64,000 nt of DNA. Source: an uncultured Thermoleophilia bacterium. GTDB taxonomy: Bacteria > Actinomycetota > Thermoleophilia > UBA2241. This document shows positions 1-9,815 of the stretch, piece after piece; the stretch's first letter is position 1, and the number at the start of each line of letters is the position of its first letter. Location of the stretch: contig CAVQSP010000011.1 of NCBI GenBank assembly GCA_963715985.1, positions 634,279 through 698,278 of the forward strand, in the 5' to 3' direction. A program made the position numbers and the translations under genes. A model generated the notes under the pieces. The model was not told where the DNA came from, searched no databases, and saw only the letters and a list, made by a program, of their open reading frames with translations.

Positions 1-87
1 GTGTACGAGAAGGCATTCTGGGATTCCGATCTGGCAGCCGGCATGTTCCTCCATCGCAACATCGAGCGCGAAGGGCTGACCGTGTGA
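1..87 (+). CDS. C-terminal end of a minimal nucleotidyltransferase (MNT) antitoxin, 5'-partial
   Basis: Frame 1 reads VYEKAFWDSDLAAGMFLHRNIEREGLTV*. The F..NI.REG ending is typical of MNT proteins, and the stop overlaps the HEPN start (GTGA). Confidence 0.7.
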   Translation: MYEKAFWDSDLAAGMFLHRNIEREGLTV

Positions 88-503
88 ACGAGCGTCTCAT
101 TCGCTTTCGCAGAGACAGAGCGAGAGAGACCTTGGCCGACGCCCGCGTGCTGATGCGCGATGGCAGTCCCGCGTCAGCGCTCAACCGCATCTACTACGCC
201 ATGTTCTATGAAGTACTGGCCCTGCTCCACACGCAGGACCTGGCGTCAGCGAAGCACTCGGGAGTCCGCGCGCTCTTCAACGAGCACTTCGTCAAAGCCG
301 GCATCGTGCCGGTGGAACAGGGGCGCCTGTTCGCGCGCATGTATGACTTCAGGCAGAAGAGCGACTACGGCGACTTCGTGCAGATCCAGCCTGACAAGGT
401 CGCCGATTGGCTGGAGCAGGCGGTGACGTTCATCGATGGACTCGACCAGACCGTTGAGGCCATCATGGCAGGCCACGGCCGAGAACCTCGCCCTCGGCCC
501 TGA
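84..503 (+). CDS. HEPN domain protein (UPF0332-like), partner of the MNT
   Basis: 139 aa with NRIYYAMF, KHSGV and RQKSDY motifs; translationally coupled to the upstream MNT. Confidence 0.85.
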   Translation: MNERLIRFRRDRARETLADARVLMRDGSPASALNRIYYAMFYEVLALLHTQDLASAKHSGVRALFNEHFVKAGIVPVEQGRLFARMYDFRQKSDYGDFVQIQPDKVADWLEQAVTFIDGLDQTVEAIMAGHGREPRPRP

Positions 504-513
504 CGCCGAGCGA

Positions 514-1662
514 CTACAGCTCGTAGTCCCAGGGAGCGTCGATCTCGCGCAAGGGGAGCACTCGGACATTCTCCGCCAGCCGATAGGACGTGCGGCCGGG
601 ATAGACGACCCAGAGAGCGGCCAGCTCAAGGTCCTCCAGGGCCACCCTCATAGACCGGGTCAGGCGCGGAGCATCCTGGTACTTGAACTCCACGCCCCAC
701 GTGCGCCCGCCCCACTGCCAGAACAGATCCAGCTCGGCTCCGGCGTGGGTGCGCCAGAAGGAGAGCTCCTCTGCCTCCCGATCAAGGGCCTGACAGGTGC
801 ACTCCAGGGCGAATCCCTCCCATGACGCGCCCAGTCTGGGCGAGGACTGCAGCTGCTCCATCGATTCCACCGACAGGAGGGCATGCAGCACGCCGCTGTC
901 TCGGAGAAAGAGCTTCGGCCTGCGAACCACCCGCTTGCCGATGTTCGTCGCCCAGGGCGCCAGGAGACGGACCATGAAGGCGCCCTCGAGGATCTCGCAG
1001 TACCTCCGCACCGTCATGTCGGAGACCCCGAACGATCGCCCCAGCTCGGAGTAGTTCAGGATCTGTCCGTGGTAGTGACTGAGCATGGTCCAGAAGCGCC
1101 GCAGGGTGCGCGCCGGGATGGTGATGCCGAGCTGGGGAATGTCCCGCTCGAGAAACGTGGAGATGTACTGCCGACGCCAGACGAGGCTTGCTTCCTCAGT
1201 CTCCGCAAGGAAGGAGCGTGGCAACCCACCACGCAGCCACAGCGCCGCCGCGTTCTCCGCGCCGATGTCACTCAAGCGAAAACCACCCAGCTGATGGAAG
1301 GCGATGCGACCGGCGAGCGTCTCCGACCCCTGGCGGATCAGATCGCGCGAGGCACTTCCGAGGATGAGGTACTTCTGATCCGCCCCGCGATCCACAAGGT
1401 AGCGCAGCAGGGGGAAGAGGTCCGGCTGGCGCTGGATCTCGTCGATGACTATGAGCCCCTTGAGATCCTCGAGAGCCAGTTGCGGCTGCTCCAGCCGCGC
1501 AGCAGCCCGAGGGTCCTCCAAGTCGAACGAATGGTCCGCGGCGAACGCCTGGGCCAGGGTGGTCTTGCCGCACTGGCGCGGCCCCAGGATGGCCGTGACG
1601 GGAAACGCCGCCAGTAGTCTGCCAACGGCCTCGATGTCCCGCTTTCGTGCGACGAGATCCAT
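514..1662 (-). CDS. AAA+ ATPase (AAA_14 + DUF4143)
   Basis: Walker A GPRQCGKTT, Walker B VIDEIQ, LGSAS, RGGLP, and a C-terminal WRT..GAELD..VEFK nuclease-like motif. Confidence 0.9.
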   Translation of the reverse strand: MDLVARKRDIEAVGRLLAAFPVTAILGPRQCGKTTLAQAFAADHSFDLEDPRAAARLEQPQLALEDLKGLIVIDEIQRQPDLFPLLRYLVDRGADQKYLILGSASRDLIRQGSETLAGRIAFHQLGGFRLSDIGAENAAALWLRGGLPRSFLAETEEASLVWRRQYISTFLERDIPQLGITIPARTLRRFWTMLSHYHGQILNYSELGRSFGVSDMTVRRYCEILEGAFMVRLLAPWATNIGKRVVRRPKLFLRDSGVLHALLSVESMEQLQSSPRLGASWEGFALECTCQALDREAEELSFWRTHAGAELDLFWQWGGRTWGVEFKYQDAPRLTRSMRVALEDLELAALWVVYPGRTSYRLAENVRVLPLREIDAPWDYEL

Positions 1663-1779
1663 GTCGAGACGCTACGCTCTCATCATTGAAATATCAAGGC
1701 CAATACATGAGTTTTCAATGATGACCGGGAGCGCCTTTCCGGTGTCGTTCGCCGCGGGCTGCTCGACCGCCACGTCGCC

Positions 1780-1875
1780 CTCGACTACGACGGCACGCTC
1801 ACCACCCACGAGTGCAGCGAGGTCGTCCTGCGGCTGAGAGGGCGGCGAGTGGCGACCGCTCGAGGACGACGCCTG
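1780..1875 (+). pseudogene. Degenerate fragment of a HAD phosphatase paralogous to the 5' end of 2485..3147
   Basis: Reads LDYDGTLTTHECSEVVLR, then after a frameshift GGEWRPLEDDA, versus LDYDGTITTHECNEIALQ..GDAWRPIEDEI in the intact gene. Confidence 0.7.
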
Positions 1876-1919
1876 CCGCGTCCGGCGGAGGCGCACCGGG
1901 CCCGTCGCCTCTGACTGTC

Positions 1920-2111
1920 TCAACCGGCGAACAGCCGCTCGAAGAGCGCTTCCCGCGACAGGCCGAAGTGATCGGCGACCTCTGCGAGGATGCCGGCGAC
2001 TGTGCCCACACGGAGAGGGGCGTGGCGCGGGATCGTGATGTGGTGCTCGCCGCCGAGAGCCGACAGAGAGCGCGCGAGCTCCTCCCCCGAGAGGTCCCGC
2101 GGAAGCCTCAT
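1920..2111 (-). CDS. HicA-family toxin, apparently with an internal in-frame deletion
   Basis: MRLPRDLSGEELARSL..G start and HHITIPRH..LRVGT..IL..VA end match HicA, but the central GSH segment is absent. Confidence 0.7.
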   Translation of the reverse strand: MRLPRDLSGEELARSLSALGGEHHITIPRHAPLRVGTVAGILAEVADHFGLSREALFERLFAG

Positions 2112-2317
2112 ACCGCGATCAGTCGATCCCGCACGAAGTGGAGTCGGATCACGCGGGGACGGAGTGCTTCGCCCTCGAAATGGCAGTGCACTGCGTCGCG
2201 CACCTGCGTCTGCAGCGCCTCCAGATCGTCGGCCTCAGCGAAGATGGACGCGCCCAGTGCGTGCGCGGAATACCCACCTTCGGGCGCTTCCTCGACTACG
2301 AAGATGATCTCGTCCAC
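2108..2317 (-). CDS. Short HicB-like antitoxin
   Basis: 69 aa EIIF.VEEAPEGGY.A.ALG.SIF.EAD..EAL...VRDAV.CHF; stop overlaps the HicA start. Confidence 0.75.
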   Translation of the reverse strand: MDEIIFVVEEAPEGGYSAHALGASIFAEADDLEALQTQVRDAVHCHFEGEALRPRVIRLHFVRDRLIAV

Positions 2318-2484
2318 GTGAAGACCTCGGGGTTGGCAGGGGTGGGCAGCAACATTGTACTCGCGGCAACTGGGCTCCGGTACGCCCCGGTGGCCGAGAG
2401 GCCGATGACGCCTGAGGCGCGGCCGGGCGACGAGCGGCGCGACCGGCCCCGGGGCCGCCCACCGCCCTCATGTAGACTCACGGC

Positions 2485-3147
2485 ATGCTCGCCTTTCTCG
2501 ACTACGACGGCACCATCACCACGCACGAGTGCAACGAGATCGCGCTGCAGCGCTTCGTCGGCGACGCCTGGCGGCCCATCGAAGACGAGATCAAGGCCGA
2601 CCGGCTCGGGCACGCGGAGGGGTTCGAGCGCCAGATCGGCCTCGTGCAGGCGCCGCGGGCGGAGCTCCTCGGCGCCCTCGTGGACGCCGCCGTCCCCTCG
2701 CCGGGCCTGCACGGCTTCCTGGGTGAACTGGAGGACCGCGGCGGCCGGGCGGTCCTGGTCAGCGCCGGCCTCCGCGAGGCCATCGAGGCCGTCTGGCGCC
2801 GCGAGGGCCTGCCACCCGTGGAGCTGTACGCCAGCGAGCTCATCGGCGGCGGCCCGGACGGCGGACCGCCGTTCCATCTGGAGTTCAACGCGGCGCTGGG
2901 CGACTGCCCCCGCTGCGGACCCGGAGTGTGCAAGGGCGCACTCCTGCGCGCGCTGCGACACGCGGACGAGACGGTGCTCGTCTTCGGCGACGGCGCCAGC
3001 GACGTGTGCCCGGCGCGAGAGGCCGACCTGACCTTCGCCCGCGACCATCTCGCCGAGCGCTGCGCCGAAGAAGGTATGGAGTGGCGCCCGCTCCCCGATT
3101 ACACCGCCGTGTGGGACGAGGTCGACGCGTGGGCGAGACGCCGCTGA
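2485..3147 (+). CDS. HAD-IB family phosphatase (MtnX-like)
   Basis: Motif I DYDGT, motif II VSAG, CK lysine, motif IV GDGASD. Confidence 0.85.
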   Translation: MLAFLDYDGTITTHECNEIALQRFVGDAWRPIEDEIKADRLGHAEGFERQIGLVQAPRAELLGALVDAAVPSPGLHGFLGELEDRGGRAVLVSAGLREAIEAVWRREGLPPVELYASELIGGGPDGGPPFHLEFNAALGDCPRCGPGVCKGALLRALRHADETVLVFGDGASDVCPAREADLTFARDHLAERCAEEGMEWRPLPDYTAVWDEVDAWARRR

Positions 3148-4481
3148 GCGACGCCGGCCCGGGGCTCGTTGCCGGCGCTCCGGCGGCGGGTCCGGCGCGG
3201 GCACCGCTCCCGGCTCGCCCGGCGAGCGAGACGGCGCTCCTCATCGCCGCCGCCGTCGCCCTGCAGGCCCTCGTCTGGGCCGTGCTCGTCGTCCTGCTCT
3301 ACCAGCTGCGGATCGGCTACAGCTTCCACGACCTCTCGGACTCGCTGTGGTACATCCACTACGCGGACCTGGTCGCCCGCGGACAGCGCGTGTACCGCGA
3401 CTTCTCCTTCGAGTACCCGCCGCTCGCCCTGCCCCTCCTCCTGCTGCCGCCGCACTCCAGCGTTGCCGCCTACGAACGCTGGTTCAGCATCGAGATGATC
3501 GTGCTCTGCTCGGCCGCCGCCGCACTCACGGCGGCGGCCGCGGCTTCGCTGTGGCGCGGGCTCGGCCGCCCGCTGGCGGCGGCGGTCGCCTTCGCCGCCG
3601 CCGTAGCGGCCGCCGGCGCCGTGACCGCCCATCGCTACGACGCGGCGGTGGCCCTCACGCTGGCCGCCTGCGCCCTGTTCCTCGCGCGCCGGCACACCAC
3701 GGCCGCCGCCGGGGCGCTCGGCGCCGGCTTCGCGCTCAAGCTCACGCCGGCCATGCTCCTGCCCCTGGTGCTCATCCTCGCTGAGGGCCGGCGCCGCGTG
3801 CTGTGGGCTGTCCTGGCGTTCGCGGTCGTGGCCGCCCTGCCGTTCGTCCCGTTTCTCGGCGACGTGGCCGGGCTCGCGACGATGGTCTCCTACCACGCCG
3901 ACCGCCCGCTGCAGCTCGAGAGCGTGCCCGGCACGCCCTACCTGGTGGCCGGCGCTCTGGGCTCTACGCGCGTGAGCACAGGCAGCGCCTACGGCTCGCA
4001 GTTCCTGGCGGGGCCCGGGGCGACCGCCGTGGCGGCCGTCGCCCCCTGGCTGGGCGTCGTGCTCGTCGCCGGCGTGTACGTGCTCGTGTGGCGCCGCCGG
4101 GCGCTGCTGCGCGCGGCGCCCCAGTACGTCCCGCTCGCCGCCCTCACCTGCGTGCTCGTCTTCACCGCCTGCAACAAGGTGCTCTCTCCCCAGTTCCTCG
4201 TGTGGACCTTCCCCCTGCTGGCGCTGGTGCTCGCCGGCGAGGGCCGGGGGCAGCGCGCGTGCGGCCTCCTCACGCTGGCGGCGATCGCGCTCACGCAGGT
4301 GGAGTTCCCGGCCCTGTACTGGAACGTGGTGGCGCTGCACCCCGCGCCCGTGGCCGTGGTGGTGGCCCGCAACGCCGTGCTCGTGGGCGCCGCAGCCGTC
4401 GCAGCCCTGACCCTGTGGCGCCTGCCGCGCCGCCTGTCGCCCGCAGGCGCGCCGCCGCAGGCCCGCGCGCCGGGTTTCTGA
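3129..4481 (+). CDS. GT87/DUF2029-type polytopic membrane glycosyltransferase (GT-C fold)
   Basis: Many TM helices, with SD...Y, EYPPLA, RYD, LK.TP, RPLQ.ES and KVLSPQF motifs. Start is approximate (GTG 3129). Confidence 0.8.
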   Translation: MGETPLSDAGPGLVAGAPAAGPARAPLPARPASETALLIAAAVALQALVWAVLVVLLYQLRIGYSFHDLSDSLWYIHYADLVARGQRVYRDFSFEYPPLALPLLLLPPHSSVAAYERWFSIEMIVLCSAAAALTAAAAASLWRGLGRPLAAAVAFAAAVAAAGAVTAHRYDAAVALTLAACALFLARRHTTAAAGALGAGFALKLTPAMLLPLVLILAEGRRRVLWAVLAFAVVAALPFVPFLGDVAGLATMVSYHADRPLQLESVPGTPYLVAGALGSTRVSTGSAYGSQFLAGPGATAVAAVAPWLGVVLVAGVYVLVWRRRALLRAAPQYVPLAALTCVLVFTACNKVLSPQFLVWTFPLLALVLAGEGRGQRACGLLTLAAIALTQVEFPALYWNVVALHPAPVAVVVARNAVLVGAAAVAALTLWRLPRRLSPAGAPPQARAPGF

Positions 4482-4575
4482 GCCGCCGCCGGTCACATAT
4501 CATGGCGGCGGCCCAGCGGCCGCGCGGCCGGCGTCGCGCCGCGCACCTCCCGCTCCCGCGCCACACCGAGGACGA

Positions 4576-4995
4576 GTGGACGACAGCCTGAAGCGCAGCC
4601 TCATCCAATTCGTGAAGTTCTGCTTCGTGGGCGGCAGCGGCGTCATCGTGAACCTCGCGGTGTTCAACCTCACCCTGTTCGCCTGGGACGCGGCCTTCGG
4701 CGACACGCCCACCGCCGCCAAGTACCTCGGCAACGCCCTCGGCTTCGTCGTCTCCGTGCTCACCAACTACTACCTCAACCGGCGCTGGACCTTTCGCTCC
4801 TCGGGCGCCGTCTCGAGCGAGCTGCCCAAGTTCTTCATCGTCAGCGTCGTGGCCTATCTGGCCAACGTCGGCGTGTTCACCGTGTGCCTCTCGGTGCTGG
4901 GCTTGGGCCCCAACCTCAGCCAGCTCATCGCCATCGCCTGCGTGATGCCCATCAACTTCGTGCTCAACAAGCTCTGGAGCTTCCGCCACGCATGA
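4576..4995 (+). CDS. GtrA family membrane protein
   Basis: QFVKFCFVGGSG..VN, NYYLNRRWTF and NFVLNKLWSF; four TM helices. Confidence 0.9.
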   Translation: MDDSLKRSLIQFVKFCFVGGSGVIVNLAVFNLTLFAWDAAFGDTPTAAKYLGNALGFVVSVLTNYYLNRRWTFRSSGAVSSELPKFFIVSVVAYLANVGVFTVCLSVLGLGPNLSQLIAIACVMPINFVLNKLWSFRHA

Positions 4996-6293
4996 GCGCC
5001 GCGGCCGACACCCGCCGCACGCACCACGTCAACGTCCCGGCGGCGCTGCTCGTCACGCTCGCCCTCACGACGCTGGTCCTGGTCGTGCTGCTGCCGAACC
5101 TCTGGTACCGGCTGCACGACGTCAGCGACATCCCGGTGTACCAGGGCTACTCCCTGCGCCTGTCACAGGGCGAGCGGCCCTTCACGCCCTCGTTCGAGAT
5201 CGAGTACCCGCCGCTGGCCGTGCCGCTGTTCCGGCTGCCCGGCCACGCCGCCGACCCGCTCGCGTACCAGCGCTGGTTCACCATCGACATGGGCGTGCTG
5301 ACCCTGCTCACGGCGGCGGTCACGGCGCTCGCGGCCTGCCGCTTCTGGCCGCGCGGCGGGCGCGCCTACGTGACGGCGGTCCTCTTCCCCGTCTCCGTCG
5401 CGCTCATCGGGGCGATCATCGTCAACCGCTATGACGTGGCCGTCGCCCTGCTCATCGCCGCCTTCATCCTCTGCCTGTCCGCCGGCTGGCACACCGCTGC
5501 CGCGTTCCTGCTCGGCATGGGCTTCGCCCTCAAGTTCACGCCCGCCGCGATGTTGCCGCTCGTGCTCATCATGGCCGGCAGGCCCAGGCGCTGGCTGTGG
5601 CCCATCGTCGCCTTCGCGGCGGCGGCCGCGGCACCGTTCGTGCCGTACCTGTTCTCCTCGCCGCGCGGCCTCTGGTACGTCTTCCAATACCACCTGGAAC
5701 GGCCGCTGCAGATCGAGAGCGTGCTGGGCACGCCGATGATGTTCGGCAAGCTCATCGGCGTCATGCACGCCGAGTGGGGCCACAGCCACGGCTCGCACAT
5801 CCTCGTGGCCAAGGGCGCCGGCATCGCCGCCAGCGCCTCCGGCGCCCTCACCCTGCTGGCCGTGTTCGCCGTCTACCTGCTCATCTGGCGGCGGCGCCGG
5901 CGCCTGCGCGAGGCGCCGCCCGACCAGGCCGTGGCCGTCCTGGCTCTGATCCTCGCCCTGATGACGTTCGGCAAGGTGCTCTCGCCGCAGTACTTCATCT
6001 GGACGCTGCCGGCGTGGGCGCTGGTGGCCGCCCGGGACAAGTGGATCGCCGTCGTCGGCGGCCTCACCCTGCTGCTCACCGGCATCGAGTTCCCCGCCCT
6101 CTACTGGCGCATGCTGGACATGCACCCCGAGTCGGTGGCCGTGCTGGTGGCGCGGAACGTGGCGCTGGTGGTGACGCTGGCGCTGGCGTGCTGGAGGCTG
6201 TGGGGGTTGCCGGCACACGACCGCGACGCGCTCGCGCCGTCGGCCGACCCGAGCCTTCGCTACACCGCTCCCCAGACGGTGCGCCGCACGTAG
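4992..6293 (+). CDS. Second GT87/DUF2029-type membrane glycosyltransferase
   Basis: ATGA overlap with gtrA. EYPPLA, RYD, LKFTP, RPLQIES and KVLSPQY motifs; paralog of 3129..4481. Confidence 0.8.
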   Translation: MSAAADTRRTHHVNVPAALLVTLALTTLVLVVLLPNLWYRLHDVSDIPVYQGYSLRLSQGERPFTPSFEIEYPPLAVPLFRLPGHAADPLAYQRWFTIDMGVLTLLTAAVTALAACRFWPRGGRAYVTAVLFPVSVALIGAIIVNRYDVAVALLIAAFILCLSAGWHTAAAFLLGMGFALKFTPAAMLPLVLIMAGRPRRWLWPIVAFAAAAAAPFVPYLFSSPRGLWYVFQYHLERPLQIESVLGTPMMFGKLIGVMHAEWGHSHGSHILVAKGAGIAASASGALTLLAVFAVYLLIWRRRRRLREAPPDQAVAVLALILALMTFGKVLSPQYFIWTLPAWALVAARDKWIAVVGGLTLLLTGIEFPALYWRMLDMHPESVAVLVARNVALVVTLALACWRLWGLPAHDRDALAPSADPSLRYTAPQTVRRT

Positions 6294-7390
6294 TCGGTGT
6301 AGCTGAGGATGATGCCGCACGACCTTCTCGGAGACGTTGGGCACCTCGTAGTCGGCGACCAGCCGCAGCGACGCTCGCCCCCGCGCGGCTGCGCTGTCCA
6401 GGATGCGCAGGCCCTCTGCGACGCGCGGCCACTCGAGCCCGGTCAGCATGACCGCGGCCTCCTCCATGGCCTCGGGGCGCTCGTGCGCCTGGCGGATGTT
6501 GAGCGCCGGCAGGTTGAGGATGGACGCCTCCTCGCTGATGGTGCCCGAGTCCGAGAGCACGGCCCGCGCGTTCAGCTCGAGGTGCACGTAGTCGGAGAAG
6601 CCGAAGGGCTTCAGGATGCGCACCTCGGGCGGCAGCGAGACGCCCGCTGTCTTCGAGCCGCTTCCGCGTGCGCGGATGGGTGGAGACGCACCACCGGGAG
6701 ACCGTACGATCCGGCCAGCTGCCGGAGCAGCTGCGACGAAGAGCTGCGAACTGCCGCTCGTCGTCGATGTTCTCCTCGCGGTGGGCGCTGACCACGAAGT
6801 ACTCGTCCGGCGTCAGGCCGAGCTCGCGCGAGGATCTGCGAGCCTCGATCCGCGGCCGGTAGTGGTGGAGCACCTCGTACATCGGGCTGCCGGTCTTGAT
6901 CACGCGGTCCGGCGGGAGTCCCTCGCGCCAGCAGGTACTCGCCGGGAGATGTCGCTGTACGGCAGGTTGATGTCCGCGATGTGGTCGACGATGCGGCGGT
7001 TGATCTCCTCCGGCACGCGCTCGTCGAAGCAGCGGTTGCCGGCCTCCATGTGGAACACCGGGATGCGCAGCCGCTTGGCGGCGATGGCGGCGAGGCAGCT
7101 GTTGGTGTCGCCGAGGATGAGCACCGCGTCGGGCCGCACCTCTGCGCAGCGCCGCGTCGGCGCGCGCGATGACGTTGCCGATGGTCTCCGCCGCCGTCGC
7201 GCCGGCCGCCTCCAGGTAGTCGTCGGGCGGCGCGCAGCTCCAGATCCTCGAAGAAGACCTGGTTGAGCTCGTAGTCGTAGTTCTGGCCGGTGTGGACGAG
7301 CACGTGATCGAGGTGCCGGTCGAGCGCGGCGATGACCCGGGAGAGCCGGATGATCTCCGGCCGCGTGCCGAGGATCGTGGCGACCTTCAC
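6260..7390 (-). CDS. fnlC: UDP-N-acetyl-L-fucosamine synthase / UDP-2-acetamido-sugar 2-epimerase (FnlC/WbjD/CapG type), frameshifted
   Basis: Pieces in several frames: [80 protein letters not shown]. Confidence 0.85.
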
Positions 7391-8534
7391 GGTCTCCTCC
7401 CCGTCTGCAGGACCGGTTCGTAGTAGGTGTCGGGGCGGGCCGGGTCGAACACCTCGCTCGCCCAGAACAGCGTGACCATCTCGGTCTGCCCGACGTTCTC
7501 GATGCTGTGCGACCGTGCCCGGCGGGATGATGACGGCCTGCGGCGCGCCACCGGAGACGCGGTACTCGCTGCACCTCGTCGCCGCCCAGTGGCCGCAAGC
7601 CGCACGACGGCCCTCGCCGCTCGACGACCATGAACCTCTCCACCTTGGTGTCGTGGTAGTGGTTGCCGCGCGTGATCGCCGGGGTGCGTGCGCGAGACGA
7701 AGATCTGGCCGGCGTGCTCGGCTCGCGCACCAGCTCGGCCAGGTCGCCGCGCTCGTCGGCGCGCTGCGCAAGGCCGAAGGCCAGGTCCTCGGGCTCCAGG
7801 TAGGAGAGATAGGTGGAGTACAGCGCCCGCTCGAAGCGCCCGCGACAAGTCGGGCAGGTCGGGCGAGTGCTGGGCCGCGCGAAAGGCCTGGATGCGCGCC
7901 GCCAGCTCGCCCAACGGTGATGTCCGTGACCGGCGCGACTGAGCGCCGCTCCACGCCGTGCGGCGGCGCCGTCCAGCACGTGCAAGAACGCCGCGACCAC
8001 GTCGTCCACGTGCACGAGCTTCACGGCGCGTCCGGGTCGTCCACGCGTATGGGCAGCCCGCGGGCGATGTTGTGGCAGAAGGTGGTGACCACGGAGTTGT
8101 AGCTCGGCCGGCCCCACTTGCCGAACACGTTGGGCAGCCGGAAGATGGCCACCGGTCCGCCGCCGGTCGCGCGACCACGCGTCCAGCACGCCCTCGGCCG
8201 CCAGCTTGCTGGCGCCGTAGGGGTTGTCCAGCTCGGCCTGGATGGACGAAGCGAAGCACGACCACCGGACGCGCGCCGGCCTCGCTGCAGACGCCAGCAG
8301 AGCTCCTCGGTGAAGCCGACATTGCCGGTCCGGAACTCCTCCGGGTCCTGGGCCGGTTGACGCCGGCGAGGTGGTAGACCACGTCGGCGCCCGCGCAGAG
8401 CCGCCTGCAAGCGCTTCCGGCGGGTCGGCGACGTCGAAGCCCGGCAGCGTGCCACGTCGTCGCAGCCGCCCGAGCGCCACCATCAGGTTCCGGCCGATGA
8501 AGCCCTGCGCGCCGGTGACGACTACGCGCCGCAC
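7387..8534 (-). CDS. fnlB: FnlB/WbjC/CapF-type SDR + cupin enzyme, frameshifted
   Basis: VVTGAQGFIGRNL, HLAGVNRP, YGASK, RLPNVFGKWGRPSYNSVV, TRGNHYHDTKVE, LFWASEVFDP..PDTY. Confidence 0.85.
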
Positions 8535-9577
8535 ACGGGGTCCTGGAGCGCCGGCAGCCCGAGGTCGCGCGCGCACGTCCGCGACCTTCAGCAGGATCTC
8601 GCAGGTGCCGTCCACGTCGAGCCGCGTGGTGTTGTGCGAGTGGTAGTCGTCCAGCTGCGTGGCCTCGCGGCACGCCCTCGGTGAAGTAGAGGTCGTAGTT
8701 GAGGTCGCGGTCGTCCGGCGACACGCGGTAGTAGCTGCCCATGTCCTCGGCGCGCAGCATCTCCTCGCGCGTCAGCAGCGTCTCGTAGAGCTTCTCGCCA
8801 TGCCGCGCGCCGACGATGCGCACCGGGTTGTCAGCCTCGTAAAGCGCTTCATGGCGGCGACAAGCGTCTCGATGGTGGACGCCGGCGCCTTCTGCACGAA
8901 GAGGTCGCCCGGCTCGCCGTGCTCGAAGGCGAAGAGCACGAGCTCCACGGCGTCCTCGGCCGTCATCATGAACCGCGTCATCTGGGGGTCGGTCACGGTG
9001 AGCGGCCCGCCCGCGCGGATCTGCTCGGCGAACAGCGGGATCACCGAGCCGCGGCTGCCCATCACGTTGCCGTAGCGCGTGATGCAGATGGTCAGACCGC
9101 TGAGTTGCGGCCGACGCGGCTCTTGGCGCCCGCAAGACGCTCCATCATCGCCTTGGAGATGCCCATCGCGTTGATGGGGTAGGCGGCCTTGTCCGTGGAC
9201 AGCACGATCATGCGTTTCACGCTGCGCCGCCAGCCGCGGCGTTCATGACGTTCTCCGCGCCCAGAGAGTTCGTCATCAGCGCCTGCAGCGGATAGAACTC
9301 GCACGAAGGGATCTGCTTGAGCGCAGCAGCGTGGAACACGTAGTCGACGCCTTCGAGCGCGTCGCGCAGGCTGTCGGGGTCGCGGACGTCACCGATGTAG
9401 AACTTGAGCCGCGGCTCATGGTAATCGATGCGCATGTCGTGCTGCTTCTTCTCGTCGCGGCTGAAGATGCGGATCTCGGCCACGTCGTGGCCGAGCATGC
9501 GGCGCAGCGACTGCGTTGCCGAACGTGCCGGTGCCGCCGGTGATCAGCAGAGTACGTCCGTCGAACACCGTGCTCAT
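8522..9577 (-). CDS. fnlA: UDP-GlcNAc 4,6-dehydratase/5-epimerase (FnlA/WbjB/CapE type), frameshifted
   Basis: LITGGTGTFG, FSRDEKKQ, HAAALKQIPSCEF, LSTDKAAYPINAMGISK, TRYGNVMGSRGSVIP, RHGEKLYETL. Confidence 0.85.
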
Positions 9578-9815
9578 CTTCGTCCTTTCGGCCTTCATCG
9601 GCATGCGGCCAGCGAGCGCCCGCGCCGCTGCCTGCGTCGTTGACTGTTCTGGCGACTAGTCTACTGCGTTCATCGGCAGCCGAGGCGACCGACCTGAGTC
9701 CCGCTCACGGGCAACGAACGACTGCGGGAGCGTCCCCGAGCGCTGCGCGCCGAATCGGGTCAGGCAGCACCGGTCGCGAGGCTCGAGGGCCGGCATGGGA
9801 ACACGGGACGAGCGC

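Noticed and set aside
2108-2317. 2-oxoisovalerate dehydrogenase subunit (a label often propagated to this family)
   Set aside because: At 69 aa it is far too short; it has a HicB-like pattern and is coupled to hicA.
2296-6623. Long minus-strand ORFs (e.g. 2296..3204, 3099..4496, most of 5163..6623)
   Set aside because: Antisense shadows of high-GC3 plus-strand genes. Only the first part of 5163..6623 is real and belongs to fnlC.
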